Positions 17,919 through 28,095 of a stretch of DNA of 64,000 nucleotides are shown in pieces. Every line of letters starts with the position of its first letter. Within the stretch, counting starts at the first letter, position 1. The translations under genes and the position numbers were made by a program. Origin of the DNA: an uncultured Candidatus Saccharibacteria bacterium (lineage in GTDB: Bacteria > Patescibacteriota > Saccharimonadia > Saccharimonadales > JACDBH01); NCBI GenBank assembly GCA_965231105.1, contig OZ246417.1:164094-228093 (forward strand), given 5' to 3'. The notes under the pieces are model-generated. The model saw only the letters and a program-made list of their open reading frames with translations, was not told where the DNA came from and ran no database searches.

Positions 17919-18316
17919 TGATTGACCGTCGCCAACTCGCTGAAGCGATTGCTGAGCGCACAATGCATATTAAAAACATTGCCCAGCTAAAACGCGAAGT
18001 AGCTGCATATTTGTTGGCGGAGCACCGAACGCACGATATTGATTCTTTGATACGAGATATTGTTGCTTACCGTGCTGAACATGGGCTCATTGAGGCAACG
18101 GCCATCAGTGCCTATCCTCTGACCGCTCAGGTTCGTAAGGAGGTGATGCAGGAGCTGAAGGTCGAGTACCCTCATGCTAAGAGCATCGTTATAAATGAAA
18201 AAATTGACCCAGGAGTGATTGGCGGTGTGCGTATTGAGGCGGTGAATGAACAGCTCGACCTTACCGTTCGGTCAAAACTGAATACCTTAAAACGTTTAAC
18301 AGCAGCGAGGAACTAA
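17918..18316 (+). CDS. atpH: ATP synthase F1 delta (OSCP) subunit, short form (132 aa)
   Basis: The C-terminal half (IDPGVIGGVRIEAVNEQLDLTVRSKLNTLKRL) matches the OSCP C-domain. Its ATG overlaps the atpF stop by 1 nt, so no longer N-terminus is available. Confidence 0.75.
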   Translation: MIDRRQLAEAIAERTMHIKNIAQLKREVAAYLLAEHRTHDIDSLIRDIVAYRAEHGLIEATAISAYPLTAQVRKEVMQELKVEYPHAKSIVINEKIDPGVIGGVRIEAVNEQLDLTVRSKLNTLKRLTAARN

Positions 18317-19867
18317 ATGGCTTTAGAAAATATGTCTATCACTGAACTCTCTGCCGATATCCGGGCAGCAATTGCAGAGCTTAAAAAACGACCTGAGATT
18401 GAAGAAACAGGCATTGTTACTCGTGTGGGCGATGGTGTGGTCTGGATTTATGGACTCACGCATGCTGGCTATAACGAAATGGTAGAAATTGATGCAATTG
18501 ATGGGAGTGCAGTCACGGCTTTCGCTTTTAACTTAGGCCAAGACGAAATCGGTGCGGTGCTACTGGGCGATGATACGCTGATTAAAGCAGGTGCAAAAGC
18601 AAAACTTACCGGCAAGGTACTTGAAGTACCCGTAGGTCCCGAGCTCGTAGGTCGTGTAGTGGATCCTATGGGACGTCCGCTCGATGGTAAGGGTGCCGTT
18701 AAAACAAACCTTACCAGTCCTGTTGAAAAGATAGCGCCCGGTGTATTGTCTCGAAAAAGCGTCCATGAACCACTCATGACCGGTATTATCGCGATTGATG
18801 CTATGGTGCCGATTGGGCGTGGGCAACGCGAACTTTTGATTGGTGATCGTCAGACTGGTAAAACGGCCGTGGCAGTTGATACTATGATTAACCAGCACCA
18901 ACAAAATACGGGCGTTATCAATATCTATGTTGCAGTTGGTCAAAAAATGAGCAAGGTTGCTCGTCTTGTAGAGCGTTTAAAGCGTGAAGGCGTAATGGAA
19001 CAAACGATTGTGGTGGCGACTTCGGCCGCCGATCCCGCAAGTCTTCAATACCTTGCACCGTATGCGGCAACAAGCATGGGCGAATATTTTAGAGACAATA
19101 AGCAACATGCACTCATAATTTATGATGATCTTTCCAAGCATGCAGCCGCATATCGTCAGATGTCTTTGCTGCTTCGTCGTCCGCCAGGACGTGAAGCTTA
19201 CCCAGGTGACGTGTTCTATTTGCACTCTCGCCTACTTGAACGCGCGGCTAAATTAAATGATGAGCTTGGCGCTGGTAGCCTTACTGCCCTGCCTATTATT
19301 GAGACCCAGGCTGGAGATATTTCTGCCTATATTCCCACCAACGTCATCTCCATTACTGACGGTCAGATCTTTATGGAAACAAACCTCTTCTATCAGGGTA
19401 TTCGTCCTGCTGTATCGGTTGGTTTGTCCGTATCTCGTGTGGGTGGTTCTGCGCAAACGAAGGCGGTAAAGAGCGTTGCGAAGAGCTTGCGTGTTGATCT
19501 TGCTCAGTTCCGTGAACTAGCCGCATTTTCTCAGTTTTCAACTGATCTCGATGCCGACACCAAGCAGCGCATTGAACGCGGACAACGTTTAACTGAACTT
19601 TTGAAGCAACCACAGTATACCCCATACGCAATTTGGCAGATGTACACTATGCTACTTGCCGCTACAGAAGGTGCTTTTGATAAGGTGCCACTCGATAAAA
19701 TCAAGACGGCAGAAGCTGCTCTGCTTCGCGATCTTAAGCACGATGAGCCAAAGCTTGTTGAGAGTATTAATTCGGGTACTGAACCTGATGATAAGGGCAA
19801 AGAAAAAATTCTGAAGCTTGCTCAAAGTATCGCCAAGGCATACGAGCATGTAGAGGAGAAGAAGTAG
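18317..19867 (+). CDS. atpA: ATP synthase F1 alpha subunit
   Basis: GDRQTGKT Walker [12 protein letters not shown] and [21 protein letters not shown] motifs. Confidence 0.97.
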   Translation: MALENMSITELSADIRAAIAELKKRPEIEETGIVTRVGDGVVWIYGLTHAGYNEMVEIDAIDGSAVTAFAFNLGQDEIGAVLLGDDTLIKAGAKAKLTGKVLEVPVGPELVGRVVDPMGRPLDGKGAVKTNLTSPVEKIAPGVLSRKSVHEPLMTGIIAIDAMVPIGRGQRELLIGDRQTGKTAVAVDTMINQHQQNTGVINIYVAVGQKMSKVARLVERLKREGVMEQTIVVATSAADPASLQYLAPYAATSMGEYFRDNKQHALIIYDDLSKHAAAYRQMSLLLRRPPGREAYPGDVFYLHSRLLERAAKLNDELGAGSLTALPIIETQAGDISAYIPTNVISITDGQIFMETNLFYQGIRPAVSVGLSVSRVGGSAQTKAVKSVAKSLRVDLAQFRELAAFSQFSTDLDADTKQRIERGQRLTELLKQPQYTPYAIWQMYTMLLAATEGAFDKVPLDKIKTAEAALLRDLKHDEPKLVESINSGTEPDDKGKEKILKLAQSIAKAYEHVEEKK

Positions 19868-19868
19868 C

Positions 19869-20273
19869 ATGGGTTGCAACGAGTTTGAGTTATACCCTAA
19901 TAAGTATTATGATTCCGCTCTGCTTGATGATGTGGAGTCAGCGCCAACAAGAATGCCACGCGAAATCTTCTATGCTGGTAATGATGGAGAAAAAGTCACT
20001 GGTGTAGTGAGCGCGGTAGCGGACGCTGTTGTGAGAGTGCAGAAGGCCAATGGGATAAGTGATGAAGGTGTTCTTGCTGTAAGTCGGGAAGCTGCATCTT
20101 ATGCGGCTAATATTTTGCTATCGGCATTGGGTAATGTGGGCGAGGTAAGTCTTGGAAACTTAAAAAATCCGGACCCTCACTTTGCCGGAATAGTAGAAGA
20201 AGTAACAGATATTACTCTAGATCCTACTAAAGCGGTAGAACTAGAGTATGAAACGAGAACAATAGATGGCTAG
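19869..20273 (+). CDS. Hypothetical acidic protein embedded between atpA and atpG (134 aa)
   Basis: The ATG lies 1 nt after the atpA stop, with GAGGAG SD at 19853-19858. The 3' end overlaps the atpG start by 8 nt. No TM; no family recognised. Confidence 0.65.
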   Translation: MGCNEFELYPNKYYDSALLDDVESAPTRMPREIFYAGNDGEKVTGVVSAVADAVVRVQKANGISDEGVLAVSREAASYAANILLSALGNVGEVSLGNLKNPDPHFAGIVEEVTDITLDPTKAVELEYETRTIDG

Positions 20274-21138
20274 CACCCAAATACTCCAGCGACGCATCAA
20301 AAGCGTTCGTAGTACTCGCCAGATTACCAAGGCGATGGAGTTAGTGGCCGCCAGTAAAATGCGTCGAGCTACTGAGGCTGCGCAGCAAGGCCGGGCATAT
20401 CGTGAAGCTGCCCATCAGTTACTTTCACGCCTTACGACCGTCACGGATGTTAATGAACATCCATTATTTACGCAACGTGAAATTAAAACTCGTCTCTATA
20501 TTGCCATTACCAGTGACCGGGGTTTGGCGGGTGCCTATAATTCCAACATTATAAAGCTCCTCAGCCGCTCGGCCCTAGAGGATAGCAAGCAGGGTATTAA
20601 GACCAAGGCAGTTATAGTTGGTAATCGTGGCGTACAGTTTGTGCGTCGTATAGAAGGTATCGAATTGATTGCTGCTTTCCCTGGTTTTGGCGACCACCCC
20701 ACTGCGAATGACGTGCGCCCCATTCTTACAAACATTATCGATCTGTATGCTGCAGCCGAAGTTGACGATGTGCAGTTACTTTATACGGTACATAAATCAA
20801 ATATTCTCCAAGAAGCCAATGCTCTTTCACTCTTGCCCGCCCGTTTAGACGAAACAGCTCCAGAAACAACCGAATCGCTTAATAATGTCACGTTTGAACC
20901 TTCAATTACAGCAGTGCTTGATAATGTTACCGAGCGTTTGCTCGAGGTACAGATTTGGCAAGGAGTATTAGAAAGTATCGCCTCAGAGCACTCTATGCGT
21001 ATGTTAAGCATGAAGAACGCTACAGATAATGCCAATGATCTTATTGACGACCTGACCCTTGCTTTTAACACTGCCCGACAGGCAGGCATTACCCAGGAAA
21101 TAGCCGAAGTAACCGGTGGAGCGGAAGCAATGAAATGA
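20266..21138 (+). CDS. atpG: ATP synthase F1 gamma subunit
   Basis: RIKSVRSTRQITKAMELVAASKMRRA at the N-terminus and NTARQAGITQEIAEVTGGAEA at the C-terminus. Confidence 0.95.
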   Translation: MASTQILQRRIKSVRSTRQITKAMELVAASKMRRATEAAQQGRAYREAAHQLLSRLTTVTDVNEHPLFTQREIKTRLYIAITSDRGLAGAYNSNIIKLLSRSALEDSKQGIKTKAVIVGNRGVQFVRRIEGIELIAAFPGFGDHPTANDVRPILTNIIDLYAAAEVDDVQLLYTVHKSNILQEANALSLLPARLDETAPETTESLNNVTFEPSITAVLDNVTERLLEVQIWQGVLESIASEHSMRMLSMKNATDNANDLIDDLTLAFNTARQAGITQEIAEVTGGAEAMK

Positions 21139-21488
21139 GCAGCCTACCCGAAAGCAAGGATCTTGTTATTGTGCACACCCTCGACTACCCTGCCATGCGA
21201 AAAGTTATTGAAAATGCCGGGGTTAAGCCGCCTTTCTATATTCATAGTTTTGTTGATTCAGGGAGAGATGCCCAGAATGCGGCTGTATATGGCGCGGTTC
21301 AGCGTGCAGATGTGGTGCTCTTGCAGCAGAGTCGAACGGGCGTATTGAACAGCGCGGTTGAACTAGCTATTCAAGCATTGCTCGATGATTCTCGTGAAGA
21401 AAACGACGTGCTGTTCTTCAATGATGATGGCAGTATGTATGTAAAACCCACTCAAGTTATTGAAGCGAGAATTGCGGAGGCCTCGTAA
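21135..21488 (+). CDS. Hypothetical protein embedded between atpG and atpD, 1 of 4 (117 aa)
   Basis: ATGA overlap with the atpG stop. Alternating beta/alpha pattern (LVIVHTL..., ADVVLLQQSRTG...). No TM. Confidence 0.6.
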   Translation: MSSLPESKDLVIVHTLDYPAMRKVIENAGVKPPFYIHSFVDSGRDAQNAAVYGAVQRADVVLLQQSRTGVLNSAVELAIQALLDDSREENDVLFFNDDGSMYVKPTQVIEARIAEAS

Positions 21489-21489
21489 T

Positions 21490-21822
21490 ATGGTGGTTTC
21501 CCAATATAGTCAAAATCTTAGAGCCATACATCAAGCATCTATAGATGAGGTGCTCAAGGAACTTCCTGAAGCGCAGCAGGCGGTTGACTCTGCTCGACTT
21601 GCTTTTGGATCAACAATTAGTGCGATTGGTGAAGTGTATGGTACAAGGCACAGAAAAACGATTATACGTCGATTTGGTCGGCCATTTGTGAATGATGAAG
21701 TGATCTATGATGCCGAACAAGCGGAGGACGGTCGTACACAAGTGTCCTGCATTATAGGGATAGTGGCTGCCCGCTCATTTCAAATGGGCTTTAATGCGGC
21801 TCGGGCTAAGGGGGAGGCATGA
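21490..21822 (+). CDS. Hypothetical protein embedded between atpG and atpD, 2 of 4 (110 aa)
   Basis: The ATG lies 1 nt after the preceding stop. GGAGG SD at 21476-21480 with 9-nt spacing. Basic patch RHRKTIIRRFGRPF. Confidence 0.6.
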   Translation: MVVSQYSQNLRAIHQASIDEVLKELPEAQQAVDSARLAFGSTISAIGEVYGTRHRKTIIRRFGRPFVNDEVIYDAEQAEDGRTQVSCIIGIVAARSFQMGFNAARAKGEA

Positions 21823-22114
21823 ACGGAGAAAAATCTAATCAGCTATTTGACGATGCCTTGTATGCTCCTGAGATACATCTGATCAATGGTCATGTACCGG
21901 TAGATAGTGAAGCTAAGCCTCCTGCAGAAACAATTTACGAGTATGTCGCAGGTAAAGTGCCTTTAAATGGTACAGATCCAGAAGTTGTTCGGGCAGTATA
22001 TCGATTAGCATACGGAGATGCTCTAAAGTCAGTGTTAGATACGGATGGCAAGGAACTCATCGCTCAGCCCACAACACCGCAAAAACCAAGAACACGAGTA
22101 AGAGGGGGTAAAAG

Positions 22115-22118
<4 letters not shown>
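21819..22118 (+). CDS. Hypothetical protein embedded between atpG and atpD, 3 of 4 (99 aa)
   Basis: ATGA overlap with the preceding gene. G-rich SD at 21807-21817. Basic C-terminal tail PQKPRTRVRGGKR. Confidence 0.55.
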
Positions 22119-23750
<1,632 letters not shown>

Positions 23751-23751
<1 letters not shown>

Positions 23752-23990
23752 TGGCTTTTCCTCGTCAAGCGGATCTGGATATGCCTAACTTTACCCACGA
23801 AGTTATCCCTACGCCTTACGGAAGCCTGGTGCATTACACCCCCATTCCTTTGCAGGAAGTAGTAGAAGTAGAACCGGTTCAAAAAACACAATCGGTTCCT
23901 ACTCCGCGCTATTTTGATAGCATGTTTCCTTTCGGCTTCCCCGACCCGCACGGCTATCCTGGTAAAGAAAGTAGATCCGAGACAGCATGA
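23751..23990 (+). CDS. Hypothetical proline-rich protein embedded between atpD and atpC (79 aa)
   Basis: TAATG overlap with the atpD stop. Strong AAGGAGG SD at 23737-23743. ATGA overlap with the atpC start. Low-complexity and Pro-rich. Confidence 0.55.
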
Positions 23991-24412
23991 TTCACTTTAG
24001 CCTATACAGTTTAAACGGTCTGCAGTTTGATGAAGAGGTGTATGAAATCACCCTGCCCACAATGAGCGGTGAGATTGGAGTGCTGCCTGCTCACATGCCG
24101 CTCGTGAGTGTAGCTTCATCTGGTGTTGTGCAGATTCGACGCAATGCTGGGGATCGAGATGATCAACGCGAAGCCTTTGCTATTAGCGGTGGAGTTATTC
24201 AGGTGGAAAACAATGTTTTGAAATTACTTGTCGACGAAGCAGATCATGCCGATGAAATTAATGAACAAGAAGTACAAAAAGCCTACGAGTTAGCGAAGAA
24301 AATGAAAGCTGAAGCAAAGGATCAGGTTTCACTTGATCAGGCACAAAGTCTTATGGACCGCCAGGCAGTACGACTGCAGGTAGCTGGCCTTAAGCGTCAG
24401 AAGAGACGCTAA
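23987..24412 (+). CDS. atpC: ATP synthase F1 epsilon subunit
   Basis: 141 aa. The N-terminal beta-sandwich pattern (GEIGVLPAHMPLVS, ISGGVIQV) is followed by a C-terminal helical hairpin. Confidence 0.88.
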   Translation: MIHFSLYSLNGLQFDEEVYEITLPTMSGEIGVLPAHMPLVSVASSGVVQIRRNAGDRDDQREAFAISGGVIQVENNVLKLLVDEADHADEINEQEVQKAYELAKKMKAEAKDQVSLDQAQSLMDRQAVRLQVAGLKRQKRR

Positions 24413-24460
24413 AGGCACGGTTAACGATCTACGATTACACTAGATAACTTGTTATTTTTC

Positions 24461-24469
24461 TGCTATAAT
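24461..24469 (+). promoter_or_regulatory. Extended -10 promoter element TGcTATAAT
   Basis: TGC plus TATAAT at 24461-24469, about 80 nt upstream of the ATG at 24549, which has an AAGGAA SD. Confidence 0.45.
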
Positions 24470-24548
24470 GGTGTTGCTAGATTTTTGAGAAATCTCACTA
24501 TTGTTTGACCTTTCTTAGATTTTATCCTGCAGAAAAGGAACTGTTTGT

Positions 24549-25724
24549 ATGGTCTTGCGACTAATCAAAAAACGCACCCCTCTATTGCTTTGCCCGGGCC
24601 CTGTATTGCTTTCAAAAAAGGTCCGTAAGGCTGTTATTGCAACAAATATTGGGCATCGCGAGCCAGAATTTTCAGCAATACTATCTGAGTGTTCTCAGAT
24701 GATAAAGCCTATCGTCGGTATTAGTGGTAAAAGTACTGCTTATGAAGTAGCCTTTATTACTGGTTCAGGTACTGCCGCCAATGAAACAGTTCTTTCCAGT
24801 GTCGGAGCACGAGGCCACATACTTGTTGTTAGCAACGGTGAGTTTGGTGAGAGACTTTTTGATGTTGCAAAACTTCATAACAATCAGGTAGACCAGCTAA
24901 AGTTTAAGTGGCAAGAAAAAATCGATCTTACAAAGGTTGCACATGCCCTCAAGCTCAAGAAATACAGCTTGGTTGCTATGGTCCATCATGAAACTAGCAC
25001 AGGACTTCTTAACCCGGTTAAGGAAGTGGCTGCTCTCGCCCATAAGCATGGCGCTCTTATTTCTGTCGATGCAATTAGCAGCATTGGTGCAGAAGCGATT
25101 GAAGTAAAAAAATGGGGTGTTGATATTCTTGTAGGTGCATCTGGCAAAGCCCTCTCTGCTATGCCAGGTGTTGGCATACTGATCGCAAAAAAGGATGTCA
25201 TCAATAAACTCAAAGGATTCGCAAATCGTATTCACTACCTCGATCTTTATAAGCACATCGTATATATGCGAGACTATACCCAGACGCCGAATACCCCTGC
25301 AGTACATGTATTTGTTTCCCTCCATGCATCCCTGAAAGAAATCACTCACTTCGGGGTTATGAAATTCCGCCAAAACATTCAGAAACGTGCACAGTATGTT
25401 CGAGACGAATTATTAAGACTCGGCCTCGTATATACAAACTATGAGGGCAGCAATTCACGAGTTATTACCTGCGTTAACCTTCCTTCGCATCTTAGTTTTT
25501 CTCAACTAAGCAGCTTTTTAAAGAAAAAAGGCATCATTGTCTATAACGGCAAGGGTGTATTAAAAGATAGAATATTCCAAATTGGGCATATTGGGGCGCT
25601 AAAAACCAAAGACACTAAATATGCTATGAAACAGATAGCGAAAGTAGTAAAACAATCTGAAGTGAGAAAGACAGCTCATGAGCTAAGTGCGCTTGCTTCG
25701 GAGAGGGTTGTGCACGGTGTCTAA
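24549..25724 (+). CDS. Class V aminotransferase (PhnW/AGXT-like, PLP-dependent)
   Basis: LLCPGPV, ITGSGTAANETV, VVSNGEFGER, MVHHETSTGLLNP and VGASGKAL (PLP Lys) follow the 2-aminoethylphosphonate-pyruvate / serine-pyruvate aminotransferase pattern. Confidence 0.75.
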   Translation: MVLRLIKKRTPLLLCPGPVLLSKKVRKAVIATNIGHREPEFSAILSECSQMIKPIVGISGKSTAYEVAFITGSGTAANETVLSSVGARGHILVVSNGEFGERLFDVAKLHNNQVDQLKFKWQEKIDLTKVAHALKLKKYSLVAMVHHETSTGLLNPVKEVAALAHKHGALISVDAISSIGAEAIEVKKWGVDILVGASGKALSAMPGVGILIAKKDVINKLKGFANRIHYLDLYKHIVYMRDYTQTPNTPAVHVFVSLHASLKEITHFGVMKFRQNIQKRAQYVRDELLRLGLVYTNYEGSNSRVITCVNLPSHLSFSQLSSFLKKKGIIVYNGKGVLKDRIFQIGHIGALKTKDTKYAMKQIAKVVKQSEVRKTAHELSALASERVVHGV

Positions 25725-26508
25725 GCAAACTGTAAAGCCAAGTTCGGTCATCGAACCAAATTACTTCAGTAACTGGGGAGATCTTTGGTACCCGTATGTT
25801 GCGAATAAGATTTTGCCTATAGCAAGCAGAATAAAATGGCTTATGCCAAATCATGTCACTATTCTGTCATTCATTCTGTACGCAGTTGGAGTGGGTCTTG
25901 CTGCTGCGACTGCATCGCCCGTCTATATTGCTGCTATCCTTTTGCCCCTTTCTTACATCCTTGACTGCTTAGATGGTCAGCTTGCACGCTTCACAGGCAG
26001 AACATCAGAAGTCGGAGATTATCTCGATAAAACTCTCGATGTTTTTAAAATATTTATTATTAATCTTGGAATGGGAATAGCGGCCTTCCGATTTACAGAT
26101 AAAAATTATTTTATTATTTTAGGCTTTATTTCTTGTTTTGGCTTCCTATTTAGGTATTACATTAAACTGGAAACAATGTTTGGTGCGGTAAACAAAGATA
26201 AAGATTATCTTAGTAAGTCACGTAGCCGAAGACATGCCTTATACGCTGAGCTTAATGAGAAGAAACTGCAACCAAAATCTTTTACGGAAAAACTTCGTTG
26301 GCTATGGGTGCGGCATCATGCTGTTTTTGCGCTCGATGAAGCTGAGCATGTAACCTTTGGGGCGATTGCTATCCTGTTTGGGCGGCCCGATATATGGTGC
26401 TGGGTATTTGCGGTCGGGCAACTTACTATTGCCTGCACTCGTTTATTCGAGCGCGGCTGGCAGATAACAAAAGCACCAGAATCATTAACATACCCTTTAA
26501 GAAAATAG
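25687..26508 (+). CDS. CDP-alcohol phosphatidyltransferase family membrane protein
   Basis: DCLDGQLARFTGRTSEVGDYLDKTLD matches D(x2)DG(x2)AR(x8)G(x3)D(x3)D. Multi-TM. The start is GTG at 25687 or GTG at 25717; both overlap the upstream gene. Confidence 0.8.
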   Translation: MRLLRRGLCTVSKQTVKPSSVIEPNYFSNWGDLWYPYVANKILPIASRIKWLMPNHVTILSFILYAVGVGLAAATASPVYIAAILLPLSYILDCLDGQLARFTGRTSEVGDYLDKTLDVFKIFIINLGMGIAAFRFTDKNYFIILGFISCFGFLFRYYIKLETMFGAVNKDKDYLSKSRSRRHALYAELNEKKLQPKSFTEKLRWLWVRHHAVFALDEAEHVTFGAIAILFGRPDIWCWVFAVGQLTIACTRLFERGWQITKAPESLTYPLRK

Positions 26509-26518
26509 AGGATTTACC

Positions 26519-27244
26519 ATGAAAGCAGTTATTCTTGTGGCGGGTTTCGGAAGTCGATTACGGCCCCTTACAGACGAGATGCCTAAATCTTTATTGCCGA
26601 TTGGCGATTCTACGACGCTTGCTCGTATGGTCAATAGCTTAGTAGCCCACTCAATCACCGAGATTGTGTTTATAACCGGGCATTTTGAAGACAAGATAAA
26701 AAGCTATGTGCAAGAAAACTTTCCTAATATTACCGCACACTTTATTCGGAACGAGTATTACAAAGAAACAAACACTGGCTACTCTCTGCTTCTCGCTGAA
26801 CCCTATGTGCGTGGAGAGACATTCATAAAGTTTGACGGAGATGTTAATTTTGATCCACAGATTCTCGATAAACTCGTAGCTACTCCAGAAGATGCAAATT
26901 ACATTTGCCTTGATAAGACGGATGTCGATGACGAAGTTATTAAGGCCGAACTTAATAGTAAGAATGAAATCGTTGCTCTCGGCAAATATGTCGATACCGC
27001 AAAGGCTGCCGGCGAATCGATAGGCATAGAAAAAATAGCGGCCCAATTCTCAGAAGAGCTATTTGATAGCCTTCGCCAGATAATGAGTGATAAAAAGAAC
27101 TGGCAAGAATATTATGAGTATGCATATGACCATCTCATTCAAAACGGGAAGAGTATCTTTAAGCACATCGATATTACCGGAAGCAAATGGGTAGAGATGG
27201 ATAATCTACAAGATTATCAACTTGCTCAAAAATATTTTGGTTAA
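26519..27244 (+). CDS. LicC-like nucleotidyltransferase (phospho-alcohol/phosphonate cytidylyltransferase type)
   Basis: MKAVILVAGFGSRLRPLTDEMPKSLLPI signature, plus ETNTGYSL and DGDV motifs. Confidence 0.75.
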   Translation: MKAVILVAGFGSRLRPLTDEMPKSLLPIGDSTTLARMVNSLVAHSITEIVFITGHFEDKIKSYVQENFPNITAHFIRNEYYKETNTGYSLLLAEPYVRGETFIKFDGDVNFDPQILDKLVATPEDANYICLDKTDVDDEVIKAELNSKNEIVALGKYVDTAKAAGESIGIEKIAAQFSEELFDSLRQIMSDKKNWQEYYEYAYDHLIQNGKSIFKHIDITGSKWVEMDNLQDYQLAQKYFG

Positions 27245-27322
27245 CGCACAAAGAAATATATTTGCAAAGTTTCAAAAACGTATTATTCTAATAGAGACAT
27301 ATTTAATTGGAGGGATTCCCCT

Positions 27323-28045
27323 ATGACAGTTCGTTCCAAGGTCGCCATGCTGGTGGCTGAGTTTCTTGGTACCGGCATTTTAGCGACAGCTATTATTAAC
27401 GTAGCACGTTCCCAGATCGGTATCGGTTATTTCGTAGCATTTAGTGCTGCTATTGCCTATGCAATGGCGGTGTTGGTATTCCGTGGTACTTCAGGTGCAC
27501 ATTTTAACCCTGCGGTAACCATTGGTATGTGGACCTTGCGTAAGATTCAAACCGTACAGGCACTTGCATACATTGCGGCGCAAATGCTTGGTGGCTTAGC
27601 TGCATGGCGCTTGTCTGAATACTTTGTTGGTCAATCCCTTACCAGTCTCACTGCTCAGACTTTCGACTGGCGCGTGCTTATCGCCGAGGGGCTTGGTGCC
27701 CTCGTGTTTACCTTTGGTATCGCTGCAGCCGTTTACCAGAACTATGAAGGTGGTAAGTTTGCCGGAACTGTAGCAGTTTCGCTCTTTACCGGTATTGTTG
27801 TCGCCTCAGTAGCTTCTAACGCTCTACTCAACCCTGCGGTTGCACTTGCGAACCAGAGCTGGGATCGCGCATATATCTTTGGACCACTCGTGGGCGGTAT
27901 TGTAGGTATGAACTTGTATGCTCTATTGTTTGCACCAGATCGTGCATTGGTTGCCGACATGGAAGCTTCGTCCGCTACTACAGTTACGCGCTCAACTCGT
28001 ACAACTCGTGGCGCAAAGAAAACAACTGCTCGTCGCAAGCGTTAG
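27323..28045 (+). CDS. MIP family channel (aquaporin/glycerol facilitator)
   Basis: Two NPA boxes (HFNPAVT, LNPAVA) and six hydrophobic segments. GGAGGG SD. Confidence 0.9.
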   Translation: MTVRSKVAMLVAEFLGTGILATAIINVARSQIGIGYFVAFSAAIAYAMAVLVFRGTSGAHFNPAVTIGMWTLRKIQTVQALAYIAAQMLGGLAAWRLSEYFVGQSLTSLTAQTFDWRVLIAEGLGALVFTFGIAAAVYQNYEGGKFAGTVAVSLFTGIVVASVASNALLNPAVALANQSWDRAYIFGPLVGGIVGMNLYALLFAPDRALVADMEASSATTVTRSTRTTRGAKKTTARRKR

Positions 28046-28064
28046 TTTTAAAAGTTACATAGCT

Positions 28065-28095
28065 AAAAAGACTCCTGTCGATAAGGGGTCTTTTT
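28065..28095. terminator. Bidirectional rho-independent terminator
   Basis: AAAAAGACTCC (28065-28075) pairs with GGGGTCTTTTT (28085-28095). The 9-nt loop is flanked by A- and T-runs. It sits between convergent genes. Confidence 0.65.

Noticed and set aside
18469-18943. Antisense ORFs inside atpA, and similar ones at 24897-25373, 28770-29219, 30510-31046, 38602-38979 and 57722-58168
   Set aside because: Each is fully contained within, and antisense to, a gene with strong family motifs. These are typical shadow ORFs.
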